Assembly (NCBI RefSeq): GCF_032191835.1
Contig: NC_083240.1
Span: 18,848,001 to 18,912,000, forward strand
Source of the DNA: Heteronotia binoei
Lineage: Eukaryota
Reading direction: 5' to 3'
Length of the DNA stretch: 64,000 nt
This document shows, one piece after another, positions 22,386 to 35,314 of the stretch; position 1 is the stretch's first letter; every line of letters starts with the position of its first letter. Made by a program: the position numbers and the translations under genes. A model generated the notes under the pieces. It had not been told where the DNA came from and made no database searches. It saw nothing but the letters and a program-made list of their open reading frames with translations.

Positions 22386-25300
22386 CTGAAAAGTCCAACA
22401 AACCTTTAAGCACCTACCTCAGTCTCAAGGTTCTGGCGTAAAGCAAATCTGCAAGGGATGTGTTTTTGTGGGAGCTCACCTGCGATAGCGTGGTCTGTAA
22501 CCCCGATACATGTTCTGTCTGACAGGTCTGCCTTGTTCTCCTGCACCCTGGTTGTCAGCACCCTAAAATGCAAGGAGAAAAGAACTTTTTAAAACCCCAT
22601 CTTCAGGAGACAGAGACTGTAACAAAAATGCCGCATTACACACTTTCAGTCTGACCTAAAGACTTAAACCAAACTTAAGATTAATTAACGGAACTGAAGC
22701 ACTGCCATTTGGCCTATGACTCAGGATGTCCAAGTGGAAAAAATAACTCTGCTACTCACAGGTGGGCACAGCATGCTGTGCCTGTTTCTCAGATATAAAA
22801 AATGGTCTGGGCGTTTCAGCTATATCAGCACATTATGATCAAACTACAAAAAAAGCAAGAATACTCATTTCTGTATAGAGGAATGTTGCCCAAAACATAT
22901 TGGTCCAGTGATCCAGAGCCCTGCGCTTATCTGGGGTACAAGCCAAGCACACAATGGCTTGCACACCAGCTGTCTTCCAGCAAAGTACATCTGATACAAT
23001 GCCCAACCAATTTTAGTCTAAGCAAGATTTTTCCACGGATGCACTCAGGACACTGAAATATGTGCACATACTCGTCCCTCCCCCCACTATGCAACGAAGT
23101 CAAATACTTCTTTCCTGCGACGTTACCTCCACTATCTCTCCTTGCACAGGAGCATTGGAATACTGTGGTCGACGGCCATAGGGCCGACGCATGTAGTAAG
23201 GCGGGTACCGCCTCCTGCGGTAGGGGCGGCGCTGTTGAGACTGGCCTTCTGGCAAACTCTCCGACCCCTCATTCTTTTCTCCGCTCTCACTGTTTTGGTA
23301 ATTTTGCTGGTAGTTGCGTGGAGGACCTCTACGCCGTGGATATCGTCTGTACTGGTTACGGTCTGCCGCGTATTTACTGCCTTGCACTGGAACTCCGCCA
23401 GGGCCTGTAACGTTGGCTGCCTCCGCTCCCTGAAAACAGCCATCACAGAACACCATGAACAGGTCAGCACACGTAAGCACCAAAACATCCATATTCCATA
23501 ACCAAACAAGAAATGCAGCTCATCATTTTGGCTGCATCCACTTCCTGGCTCATCCAGACAAGGCAAAACTCAAAAGAGCAAAGCAGGGGCCATTTAAGCA
23601 TAACCAGCTCACCTTTTCTCCTTCAACCACATCAAACTCCACAGTCTCTCCATCTCCTACGCTGCGAAGGTACTTCCTGGGGTTATTCTTCTTGATAGCA
23701 GTCTGATGGCGAAATAGATCAGATTTAGACTTTCAAATGAAAACAGCGAAGCTTTAACAAGTATGAAGACAGTTTTCTAGATTAGATGCCAAAAGTATTA
23801 AGAGAGCAGGATGGGGAAAAATCTATCCACAGTCTAAAATGTAAATAAGGACAATATCTGACCTATGCTGTTAATTTAACAAGGCTGCAACCGTGGAAGG
23901 TATTTTCACTGCTTCATGGTTCACAGACTTAGCCATCTGAAACAGCTGGGTTGTATGGAAGCAGGTGCTCATAGATGACATAGTTTCTGGGTCCCTTCCA
24001 GCCTTACAGGCTGTGTACCAGAGACATCAAAATCAGAAGAACAGGGATATTCTAGTAATGTCTCCCAGAAATCCACATAAAACAGGGAAGTCATTTTAGC
24101 AGCTCACACAGGTGCCATATTAGCCTCTCTAATCAGACCCATAGAGCAAAATTCTGCTTCCCAAGCCTGTGTTTTCAGCCAACCATGTGATCACGCACAT
24201 TAAACTGACCTTCACAGTTTGCTTACTAAACGCTTTTCAGTGTCAATAGTAACAGCTGCGCTTAGAGAGAAATTATATAGTGCTGACAACATTTTCCTGG
24301 TACTCTACCCCTGAACAAGCAACTGCCACTGACCCTAATTGCAAATTTAACTCTCTGTGTGGTCCTAACACCCTAGTTCTTCAGAAATAGTAGACGAGGA
24401 CAGCAGACAGTTCCTGTGGGACCTGCACCCATCTCCTTGAGGTAAACATTCTCACGAGTCTTATGACAGGTGAGTTTGCCAAACCCTAGTGACAGGCAAT
24501 GGTAATCCAGGCTTGAGTAGTGTTAATTTCGTGACAAACTGCTGCATGGGAAAAAGCAGCAGCCAAAGGAGGCTTAAGCTCAGGAAATACAAAATTCTCT
24601 CCCATACAACTGATTCAAATGGCAGACTGTTGCAAAAAATTGTAATTTCTGCCAGAGGACTTCATTTTGTTTTTTTAAACAAACACAGATGTGAATTCAG
24701 TTATGAGCTATACAAAAAAGTGGGCCAAAGGCTATCATTCATTAGGCCCACAAACACAATGGAACAGCAGGCATGGCAGCCAGTCCTTAAGTACATATGC
24801 AGCACACTGTGAGAGTACAGGTCTTCCAACAACTGAACCAACCAACACCCAGCTCCCCAAGTCAAATCAAAACACTGTCTCATTTCATCAGAAACGAGCA
24901 TATCTATCTGTACAAGCAAATGGCCTCACCTGGTGGACAAACACATCTTCCTTGGTGTCATTCCTGCAGCAAAACAAAATATTTTTCAGTTCAGAAAACA
25001 CTGCACAAGGAAAACAGCATTCTCCAGCAAGGAGTGGTATTAAGTCTTGGGCAGAGGCCAGGCTGTGGCTTTGGGGTACTGCCAAGGACCAACTCATATA
25101 TCACATCCCTCCTCCTGTCCCCGCCCATAACTTTCATGGACTAAAAATACATGTAAGCGTGTAAGCTTGGAAGTTTCATATTTCTTCCTGAAAACTGTAG
25201 TTCTGCATATAATAGTCAAGCAGTCTCAACCAAAGAGTCAAAATGCTTTTTGGACGCACGACAGCTCTTTCCTGCAGAAGCACTTACATTAATATTTTAT

Positions 25301-28300
25301 TTACATATCACTTTTTAAAACACATATATAAATCTTACTTTTTACTAAGGGCATTTTCTTGGCAAGGTAGGTACTATTTAAAAACAGCACAAAATATAAG
25401 CAGCTGGTATAGGTAGACCCTCAAAGCACCAACTATAGTAACCAACATTTCCTATAGTGTATTCATTACACAGCTTAATGTGGACTAGATGTTTGCAGGT
25501 AGAAACAGGTGAGGGGTGGCAGGAATAGGCACACCCAGCCCCCTGCTTCCAGTAAAAGCTCTTATCACTCAGTGTATTGCAACAGCAGCATCTGCTGGAC
25601 ACAGTTTACAGCCACACATGGGAAGGGCTACAGGTAGGGCAGTTATTCCAAGCCTACTGTGCCAAAAGATGAAGGGCCATAACCTCGTGCAGGGCCCAGC
25701 AGTTTATATGGCATCACAGACATTCACAAAAGCAATTAACATACCAACAAAATTCAGTGACCGAGCTGATCTAAACCTCCATTTTACCTATAGCTTCTTT
25801 CAGACCCTGTGCGTCTTTTTATCACACACTGTTCAAGTGATCTCATGGTACTCCATGACAATTTCAAGGCACACGTTTAATGGGACCTCCTTGTTTATGT
25901 TTCTAGCTCAGCTTGTTTCAGTACTGCTGCCCAGCAAGACCTTCCTCAATTGCTTGGCCTGAGATCGACACTGCTGAGACCTGGCAAAGAAGCCATGAAG
26001 GGCCAAATGGTAATGACTTTATTATTATTACTGTTCTGTCATCTCCATGGCTAATAACAATTTTAAAAAATTACTGCCATCAGCAAGGGAGACCCATTTA
26101 TGGAGTAGGAGAGTGAAGCAGCACTTCTTTTCAAAGGCCCCACTCACTTTGCACATAATGACAACCAGGAGTAAAGAAAAAGCTGTGTGTGAATTCACAC
26201 AACCTAAATCAAGGCATGCCTATGTTCCAAGGCAAATGTATGCAAGACTCTGCAAATGTCACTTTCGAGACACGCCATTACAGAAGAAGTGTGAGATGGA
26301 GGAATTATGTAGGCTCCAGTGATTGCATTTTCACTGGCTGTGTGTTTTTCATCTGATGTGTCTTAGAAGATTAAAGAAACTGAGAGTCCTTGGGGCATCT
26401 CTCTAGGTTAGGCCTAATGACCTGTAATCTAATTAAGTGTGCACCTCTTTTGAAAAACAACTATGGTTAACCATCTAGCTGTCACTGAGCAATTTTTTTC
26501 ACATTACTGTGGGTTGGTGAAGGATATTTTAGTTTAATTTTGATCTGCTGCTTTTCTTAATTAAAATTCTGTTGCATTTAACATTTTTGTTTGCAGGCTG
26601 TTTTTTTTTTTAAACTCATAACTGCAGCAAGTTGAAATGTATACTTTAAAAGCCAAACAAACCTTACACACCAGTGGTTTGTGTTTAGATTGCTCATCTA
26701 TACTTGCAGTTCAAAAGCCAGCAACAAGTTGCTATTAAACATATGTTCCCTCCATTGGCCTGTGTATTGCCTCTTTTGCTTGGGACTGAAGTACCCAAAT
26801 TCTCTTGGAAAACCAAGCAACGAATCAGATCAAGAGCCTGAGCACCCCCCTAAGCCCAGCTTCTCTTCCACAGTGGGTCTCCTGAGCTATGCTCAACTGG
26901 CAAGCCCTTGCAGAAGAACTACTGCCTGGACGATTACTTTATTTAATACTTGTTCACAGGGAGCTGGCATCTGCCAAATTCTACCTCATCTCCAGTGCCC
27001 AAGTCTTGTTTGGTAATCCACAACTATTAAGGTGGACTATGCAAAAAGCATATTGATAGCAGATTCAGATCCACACTAACCTCGCTGAGATATACAGAAA
27101 AAAGTATAAGCAAAATAAACTGAGACAATGGGCCAAAAGGCCACCTAAGGACTTTAATTCTACCTATGCAATCATAACCTTTTTTAAAAATACAAAAGTT
27201 AAGACTTTGGCAGAATGAACTCCTTACCTGTTGATGAAGCCATAGCCGTTCCTTACGTTGAACCATTTCACTGTCCCCAAAACCTTCGTTGCTAAAAAAG
27301 AAAAAAAAACCCATGCAGGTTATGATGTGCAAGAGTTGGCAGGGCATCACCACGTGCTTCTACACTATATTGGGAGGAGCCAGATTTATACTTGATGCTG
27401 CTGGATTGCAACATTAAGGGAGAGCAGATGTAAACTTTCACATTGCTTCCAACAGCATGTGTTAAAGGAGTCTGTTCACACAGTTGGTGGCAGTAAGCAA
27501 AGAAGCCTCAGTTCACTAAGTAGCTTTACAGGCAAGCCACTATCGGGGGAGGGGGGGCACTGCTCCAGTGGATCTATTCAATAATAATTTTGAACGGATA
27601 TACCATACAAAGGCTATTATAATTAGCACTGCAATTCCAAGGGTCAGCAGTGATGATTCAGCTCAAACTTCACCTGACCTACAAACTCACTATGAAGTCT
27701 GTCAAGCCACTATCCTTTCAAAATTACCCCCCAACCCCAGAAACATGAGAAACAAGCCTACTTGACAAGTTTGTTTGGAAAGCTATAACACAACAAACTT
27801 GTCAGGTAGGCCAGCAGCACTATTTCCATGTTTCAGGATTGGGGAGATGACTCCTAGTGTTGAAATGCTCCATATACAAGCAAATGCTAGAATCTTAGGG
27901 ACTTAATATAGTATATATTTACAGGTTTACAATATAACGAAGCACATAGGACTGAAGGCAAAGGAAAAAATACATTCGTATACAAAATGCATTGTTTTCT
28001 AAGTTAACCATGTACACTTTTTGAGATGACAGATACTGAACGTACACATGCTCAGAAATAAGTTCTACTGAATTCAGCTGGACTTGGTTCCAAGTATATA
28101 TGCACACAATTGGAATTTTAGGGTTTTATTCAAGCCTGCAACATGCAGAACTGCAAGGATGAAAACTCATTATTGATTCCAGTGGGCTTTACAAATCCTG
28201 ATGCTCTAAGCAAACAAGGGAGAAGACAAATTACGTATTGTAGGATTACTAACTGGCCAGGGAAATTAAAATAAATAAATTTTGCCATGGCTCCTTCCCA

Positions 28301-29507
28301 CCATTTAATAAACAAGGAAACCCTTAATCCATGCCTCCTTTAACAGAAGCTTTCATCACCACCACTTTGTTCATTGTGGGGCCTTCTCTGCTACAGCTCC
28401 AGAAAACTCTAGATCTCTCTTTTATATAAATAATAGATTACTTTTACTTCTTCGTTGCTTAGCTATATAACTGTTGCTGTTTTAAAAGCAATTGCCTCCC
28501 AAGGTGCTCACACTAGGAAACACCATGCAAATATTTTAAATAAGTCTAATGAGCAGGGGAAGCTCTTCCTGGAGCCTCCAGACAACCAAAAGGCAGTAGG
28601 CTTTTCTGGTAGCCTTCAAACACACGTGTGAATTTCACAGTGCCCTGCAAGGCGCCATTACTAAAAACTTTTGAAAAAAAGGAAGAGGCAGGCCATAAAC
28701 CTATTTTCATCCTCAGCAATTTAAAGGGAACGACGGAGAACCATCCCCTTTTAGTCCATGCTCCTAAACAGGAGGCAATAAGATAGACACCCCCCTTATC
28801 TCAAAGGGCCCCCACGTAGGAGCCGACATGTTGAACCGTCACCTCGACCACACCCCCTCCCACACAGGCGGACGCGTTCCCCCTCCCTTTTTTTGCGACA
28901 GCGGGGCGCGCACGCGTGCAAAGGGAAAGGAGCGAGCCGAGACGTCTCAGCCGCCGGGGCGCGCGCTCAGGCCTGCCATAGTGGGGGGAGATTAAGAGAC
29001 CGACCAGAGAGAGGGAGACGAGCCGCGCGCGCCCTTTAGCCAGCCAATCAGCGGGCAGTGAAGGCGAAAGGGGGGGTTGAAAAGAACGTGAGGGAGAGGA
29101 AAGGATAAGAGAACGAGAAGCGCGCGCGCGCGCAGTGACCACCAGGCGCGCGAGGTACGGGGGGGGAAAGGAGGCGCCCGCGCGGCCCGCCAGCCACTCA
29201 GCCCCCAGCCAGGACGACGCCCCGCCCCCTCCTCCTCCCCCCGCCCGTCGTGCCTCGTTTTCTCCCTCTCTCCCCCCTCACCGATGACCTTCTTGTCCCC
29301 GCCGGCGGGGGGCGCCGCCGAGCCCAAGCCGCCGTTGGTGCCGTTGCCGCCACCGCCGCCTCCTCCGCCGGTGCCGTTACTGGGCTTGGCGTCTGGGACG
29401 ACGGGGGCCGCGGCCGCTGCCAAAGACACGGGGGCCGCTGTGGCCACCGCGGCGGGTAGTGGGGCGGCGGCGGCGGGGGGCGCCTGGGTCTCGGCCTCGC
29501 TGCTCAT
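22151..29507 (-). CDS. YBX1: Y-box binding protein 1 (cold-shock domain), 7 coding exons, 344 aa
   Basis: complement(join(22151..22385,22480..22562,23127..23429,23613..23702,24930..24963,27228..27291,29282..29507)) = 1035 nt. MSSEAETQ start, [36 protein letters not shown]-terminus EAEQGGAE*. Exon 2-7 sizes 64/34/90/303/83/235 as recalled for human. Confidence 0.98.
22480..22562 (-). CDS. YBX1: YBX1 exon 6
   Basis: 83 nt, [27 protein letters not shown]. Confidence 0.97.
23127..23429 (-). CDS. YBX1: YBX1 exon 5
   Basis: 303 nt, [12 protein letters not shown]...PVQGEIVE. Confidence 0.97.
23613..23702 (-). CDS. YBX1: YBX1 exon 4
   Basis: 90 nt, [30 protein letters not shown]. Confidence 0.97.
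24930..24963 (-). CDS. YBX1: YBX1 exon 3
   Basis: 34 nt, [11 protein letters not shown]. Confidence 0.97.
27228..27291 (-). CDS. YBX1: YBX1 exon 2
   Basis: 64 nt, [20 protein letters not shown]. Confidence 0.97.
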
Positions 29508-30350
29508 GGCGACGGTGGCTGCCGGTGGACGGTGGTGGTGACTGGCTCACAGCAGCAGCAGCGCCGCCGCCTCCCGCGCGGTGTTGATGGTGACTCGGGG
29601 GCCGGCCGTTGGCGGGGGGGGCTGCTCCCTTACTCCGGGCTCGCTGGGCTCCGCTCTCCGCTCCCGATACCGATCGAACTGGCCACAATGGCGGCGCGCA
29701 CTGGCTAGCCACCCCGCACGCACCGCCCACCCCGTCGCGGCCATTGGCTGGCGGGGCATGCCACTCAGGGGAAGTGCGCACCCATAGGCTCAGCGCCGCG
29801 CGCGGCGACGATTTGCCGCTCCCGGTTGGATCGCCTCTCGTGCCAGTCAAAATTCTCGCGAGGTTGTTGGCCGGTTTCCGATTCCTCCCCGCCCTCTCTC
29901 CCCTCCCCTCTTTTTCCCCCCTTAAAGGCTTTGCTTTCTATCGCTTGCTTGGCGCTGCCTCCGGGGCTGCTTGGATTCCGGTCTTGATTGGCTGAGCGCC
30001 CCGCTTTGTCCCCGCCCCCCCGAGGGAAGACCCAGCCAGGAAATGCCATTTCTTGTGACCATAGATGGGGACCATGTGGCCGAAGGAGGCCAGGCCGAGG
30101 CACGCCAGGGACTTCCCTGAGCAGCCCCGGCTCTGCATGCCCCCCCCCCTCCAAGCGCTCCTCCCCTCCGGTCTCCGGGCCTCCTGCTCTTGGAATGGAT
30201 CGGAGCCCATGCGTTGCCTCTAATCTCGCCGGCAGACAAAGATGGCTCGAGTTCAGCGCTGTGGCTTTGTAGTGACTCCTTTTCCTTCGGCCGTCGCGGC
30301 TGAAGGAAGCGGGTTCGACAAGGGGACTTTTTGTTAGCAATCAGGAGCCC
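28800..30350 (-). promoter_or_regulatory. YBX1 CpG island, promoter and 5'UTR; TSS near 29680
   Basis: Minus strand AGTTCGATCGGTATCGGGAGCGGAGAGCGGA matches the recalled human 5' end; YY1-type AATGGCGGC 29687-29695, CCAAT boxes 29743-29747 and 29987-29991, TCTCGCGAG 29854-29862. Confidence 0.88.
29282..29507 (-). CDS. YBX1: YBX1 exon 1, coding part (A/P domain)
   Basis: GCCATGA start; donor G|GTGAGG; 226 nt. Confidence 0.96.
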
Positions 30351-30520
30351 GAATAAAGCAATTCCTGGATCAGTCGGTTATATCGCATCCGTTCCCGTGT
30401 CTCTATACAGTATTTGTGAATTTTCTGCATTGTGCGGGGGGTTGGACTAGATGACACTGGAGATCCCTTCCGACTCTGATTCTTGTCGATCTGGTTTATA
30501 TGGGCAACGTGTAAAGGGAC

Positions 30521-30714
30521 CAGTGTTCCCTCTAAGCTGAGTTAGCGTGAACTAGCTCACACATTTTTAGCCTCCAGCTCACACGTTTTTGGCTTAGCTC
30601 GGGAAGGATGACCCCAGAGCACACTAATTTATACAGGAGCTCACAACTTTAATGCCAGTAGCTCACAAAGTAGAATTTTTGCTCACAAGACTCTGCAGCT
30701 TAGAGGGAACGTTG
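30521..30714. mobile_element. hAT MITE (CAGTGTTCCCTCTAAG family)
   Basis: TIRs CAGTGTTCCCTCTAAGC / GCTTAGAGGGAACGTTG; TSD AAAGGGAC / GAAGGGAC. Confidence 0.9.
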
Positions 30715-31844
30715 GAAGGGACCTCTTAGCCCATCAGACTGCTGGTCTCTCTATATCACTGTTGTTTTAATGGGTAGAGCCTCTTCAGGGATTTTCCCTG
30801 ATTCCGATACCTTACAACTGGCCAGGGATTAACCTGCATTCAAGCAAGTACTGTACACGTGGAATCTCATTTGCTTCTAGTAGTCAGAGCTGCTTCAGAG
30901 TCTAAGCATTGTTGCCAACACATGATAACTCTGCAAGAGGGTATATGGTTACCAGCCTCCAAGAGGGGCCTGGAGATCTCCCAGACTTACAACGGATTTG
31001 CAGAGAACAGTTCCCCTGAAGAAAATGGCAGCTCTGGAGAATGCAGTCTCTCTATGGCAGTTTACTCTAAAGAGAGCTCTCCCCAAACAGTCGGATCTTG
31101 AGGAATTCCCCATCCCAGAGTTGGCAGCCCTAAGGGCATACCATGGATTGAGCCTGAATTGCTTCTATTATGTGCCATCATTACAGCCCCTCCTCTAGAT
31201 TTCCACCCCTAAGGCTATTTCTTGAAAACGAATAATCCTGGCGTGTCTGGACAAAGCACTATCCAAACTATTCCTGATTGGCTTTAGTTGCATCCAGCAG
31301 CAAATTGTTATTGTTTTCTATGACATCACCAAGGAATTCAGGATGATGTGCATGGCTACTCCCACCCCACCCCCCACTTTGGCCTTGCAGTGTCCGCTAG
31401 GTGGCTTTGCTGTAAGATGGCAACAGGCCCAGGAACACCTTGTCAACTTTGTTGGGGGGCAGGGATTGGAGCCCAGATCTCTCTGGGTTTGGCCCAATGT
31501 TCTAGCCACTATGCCACACCACCTCCTGCCCAAGAAAGGTGTGTCCTCATATACACTCTCCTCGGCCACTTATTACATACAATAATTTACAGTCTTTGCT
31601 TTGACCCTAATAGATGTGTCACCTGAACAAGCCATTGAAGAGAGTTTGGCTGAAGCAGGATCTAAATTCCCAAAGCTCAGCCTTCTACCAAATTTTAGTA
31701 TCAATCCTGAAGCGTGATAAGCTATCTATTATATAAACAGGAACAGCTTTTCAAAAACGAGCTTTCTTGTGCGAGTAGCAGCCCTGGGGGAATCCCAGAG
31801 AATTATTTGATTTGTATCCGCCCTCCCCGCTGAATTATACTCAT

Positions 31845-31992
31845 CTCTCATCCGGGGGAAAGCATAGATGACTGGGGAAAGCAATGTAAATGGCAAACCA
31901 CCCCATAAAAAGTGCCGTGAAAATGTTGTGAAAGCGACGTCACTCCAGAGTCGGAAACGACTGGTGCTTGCACAGGGGACCTTTCCTTTCCT
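31845..31992 (+). mobile_element. Sauria SINE, 3' fragment
   Basis: Same motifs, ACCTTTCCTTT tail. Confidence 0.8.
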
Positions 31993-32421
31993 CTTGTCCC
32001 TTATCCCATGCAGCAATCCTTGACTCTCCACCTTACCTGTCACTTCTACGAGCTCCTCTTTCCTGACTTCCCCGGCCTTTTTTCTGCTCTCTGAGATGTT
32101 TGCCCCATTAACTCTGCCATCCTAGGCAGAATTGTGCTATTCCTCCGCCGCCATAGCCATTCAAATCAATGGGTCCAGAGGGGTGCAACTCTTCCTCCCC
32201 ATCCCTGCCCCCCCAAGACATCCTGAAGCTCTGCTTTCTTCATCTCTGTCCCTTCTCTTTCACGGCTCCACATGCCCGGAACTTCCTCCCTAGTAGCAGC
32301 AATGACTGAGGACTGCTGAATGGAACTACTTGTCATGGCTTCCTGGAAATCTTCTGGCCGGCCATTGCAAGAAAGAGGACTGTGGGCTAGATAAATCTCA
32401 GGGATGAATTAGGGTAATACG

Positions 32422-32649
32422 TAAGAACGTAAGAGAAGCCATGTTGGATCAGGCCAATGGCCCATCCAGTCCACACTCCATGTCACACAGTGGCCAAAAA
32501 ACCAGGCACCATCAGGAGATCCACCGGTGGGACCAGGACACTAGAAGCCCTCCCACTGTTGCCCCCACACACACACACCAAGAATACAGAGCATCACTGC
32601 CCCAGACAGAACAACAATACACTGTGACTAATAGCCACTGACGGACCTG
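32422..32649 (-). mobile_element. CR1 3' end
   Basis: Minus ..GGATGGGCCATTGGCCTGATCCAACATGGCTTCTCTTACGTTCTTA; same family at about 60985-61202 (+); older CR1 3' end about 63001-63215 (+). Confidence 0.8.
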
Positions 32650-33554
32650 GATACATTGGGGGATGGAGCCTGGAAAATGTGGTGTTTGGAAAGGGGAGGG
32701 ACTTCTGCATGTTACAATACCATAGTCTACCCTCCAAAGCAGCCATTTTCTCCAGAGGACCTGATCTGTGTAGCCTGGGAAACAACTGTAATAGCAGGAG
32801 GTCTCCAGGTGCCACCTGGAGGATGGCAATCCTCGGGCTGATCAGCTGGGCTTCTATGCTTTCCTGACGTTTGTGGCCCTCCCCTTTCCCCTCCAAACCT
32901 ACTTTTCCACAGAACCTGTAGATCTCAAATTTAGTTTTCCCTCCCAACTGAAACCATTCCGTGTAAATGAAACCGCTTCTACTCCTTCAGTGAGGTTACC
33001 ATACGTCTCTCCCCCCACAACTCTAAATTTAGGTCTCTGTGCCAAGGCCTTTTCTTCCCACCCACACTTCTTTGCACTTGCACAACTCCATAAGTGTATT
33101 TGTGCGATGAGGTTCCTTTTTTTGCAGCCCCAATGAATTAAGAGAAAGCAAACATCATCCCACAAAATGAATGGGGAGCTGCAGCAAACAGGAAGGAGTT
33201 ACAAAAAGCAGGCTCTCCTGGGGGGGAATTCTGAAGGGATGGATATGGCTAGGCCTCCTCCAGAAGAAGCCTGCATGACTCCAATCAGTCTTTGGCCTGA
33301 GTCTCTTGCATGCTTAATTCCATGCAAGCAAGCCTCTTGGACAGATTTCCACACAAGTGTAAGATGCCGGGTGGCTGTAGATCTGTGTGTTCACACTGGC
33401 AACTCTCCTTTAAAGAGTCCAATTGTGTAAGCATGCAGAACAGCTGTGCTTATCTCCCTAAACCAGCCTCCACTGTGTCACTACAGTTGTAACGATCCAG
33501 CAAATTAAAGCACGATGTTCAGTTTCTAAAGTGCAGAATGCTACATTTCTAGCC

Positions 33555-34229
33555 CAAAAAGGACAAAAAACACTCCCAAAAACTCAGCAACAGAATTATC
33601 TATATTAAAGTGGGAAGTTTAAACATACAGCAAAAGTTTCATGAAGGAGAATATAACACCACAGTCCGCTACAAGTCCAATAAACAAAATATTTTGAAAC
33701 AAAGCTGACAAAGATGACTTCCACAATGTGCAAGGAATTCCAACACTTTGTCTTCCAGTCAGTACCTGAAGATACCCATAATCAATAATGACTGATTGCA
33801 AAGCAAAACAACTATAATTATTTTTGTCATCTCCTGTGCGAATCTCTCTCCGCGTCTCTACTTCTAGTTTGATATCAACAATTCCGGATTGTTCCTTTTT
33901 CAAACGATGGTAACACACTCCAAAAAGTGGGATCAGAAATATAGTCAGTGACCACTGAATATAAACAGTTTTCGGATGGAGGACAAGCACCTATGCAGAC
34001 ATACAAGGCACATTGGCAATACAATACAATATAGTACTCTTGAGCACTGCATAGGTGTTTTGAGCTCCATTTGAAAATGGAGGTCTGCATAGATGTTTGT
34101 GTTTATTGGACTTGTGGAGGACTGTGGTATTATATTCTGCTTTACGGAACTTTTGTTATATGTTTAGACTTTCTACTTTAACATGGACAATTCTGTTGCT
34201 GAATTTTTGGAGCGTTTTTTGTCCTTTTG
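33555..34229. repeat. Foldback element with about 130-bp inverted arms
   Basis: 33555-33686 versus reverse complement of 34100-34229: 18 differences by hand alignment (about 86% identical). Confidence 0.9.
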
Positions 34230-34261
34230 TGCTCTTAGCCTCCCAGCCCTGGTTGTTTGGT

Positions 34262-34537
34262 GAGCCAGTTTGGTATAGTGGTTAAGTGTGCGGACTCTTA
34301 TCTGGGAGAATCAGGTTTGATTCCCCACTCCTCCACTTAAAGCTGCTGGAATGGCCTTGGGTCAGCCACAGCTCTCACAGAGATTGTCTTTGAAAGGGCA
34401 GCTGCTGTAACAGCTGTCTCAGCCCCACCTACCTCACAGGGTGTCTGTCGTGGGGGGAGAAGATAAAGGAGATTGTAAGCCGCTCTGAGTCTCTGGTTCA
34501 GAGAGAAGGGCGGGGTATAAATCTGCAGTCTTCTTCT
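34262..34537 (+). mobile_element. Long Squam3-type SINE, full length
   Basis: GAGCCAGTTTGGTATAGTGGTTAAG ... GGGTATAAATCTGCAGTCTTCTTC. Confidence 0.92.
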
Positions 34538-35177
34538 ACATTTCTAGCCAAAGCAGATGGCAGCAGGCAAAACACCCTGAAGTCCATAACTAGGATGTGA
34601 GCCTTACTTTAATTCAGTTGGTCAGGCGTCTGTTTCACCTCGGATCAGGGTGGCAAGCGGCAGTGTCTTTCAGGCAGGCTGGTTTGACTTGGTCGTTGCA
34701 GCACAGCCGTACTCTGGAGTGCAGGCCTGAGAAAAAGCTCAAGAGTGTGCGCTTGCGGCAAGGAAAAATCACCTCTGACGAGTCTACAGCGCAGTCATCA
34801 GGGGATGAATTACAGGCAGGCCATCTTTTTGCTCACTCTATACCTGCACGTGTTTTGCATGTCCTCAGCCTGTGCTACTGTTTTGTTCTCGACCTTCCCA
34901 GCATCACAGTGCCTGTCTTTCCGTCTCTCTCCTTTCAGGGAGGCAGCGTCCATCCTCCAAACCACACACCTCCGTAGCAAAATAAAACCTGCTTCTGATG
35001 TCCGTTCAGCTAATCGGGTCACACCTTTTCCCCACCCGTTCTCGTGCCTCTCGCAGCCCTGCAGACCACGCGCCTGGCGTGGAAGTGATCGCTGTGGCTG
35101 GACTCTGCTGATGAGACCAAATGGTGGCCCCGAAAAACTTCTGGAGCCGATGGCAAGCGCGTGCTGCTGGAATGACA

Positions 35178-35314
35178 GGTGCTTAAATAAAAACCCTTTT
35201 TATTTACAATGGCAAAAAACAACAACAGATGTGTGGAATGCGGGAAGCATGAAGGGAAGCAGGGAAGGAGCGACTGAGAGGTTCTGGTGGTCCGAGTCGA
35301 AAGGGGAAACTCTT
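35178..35314 (-). other. PPIH: Probable PPIH non-coding terminal exon 10 with AATAAA at 35204-35199
   Basis: Polypyrimidine acceptor ctctccttttcctgcttccag| and TGTAAATAAA; alternative acceptors near 35350 and 35363 possible. Confidence 0.65.
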
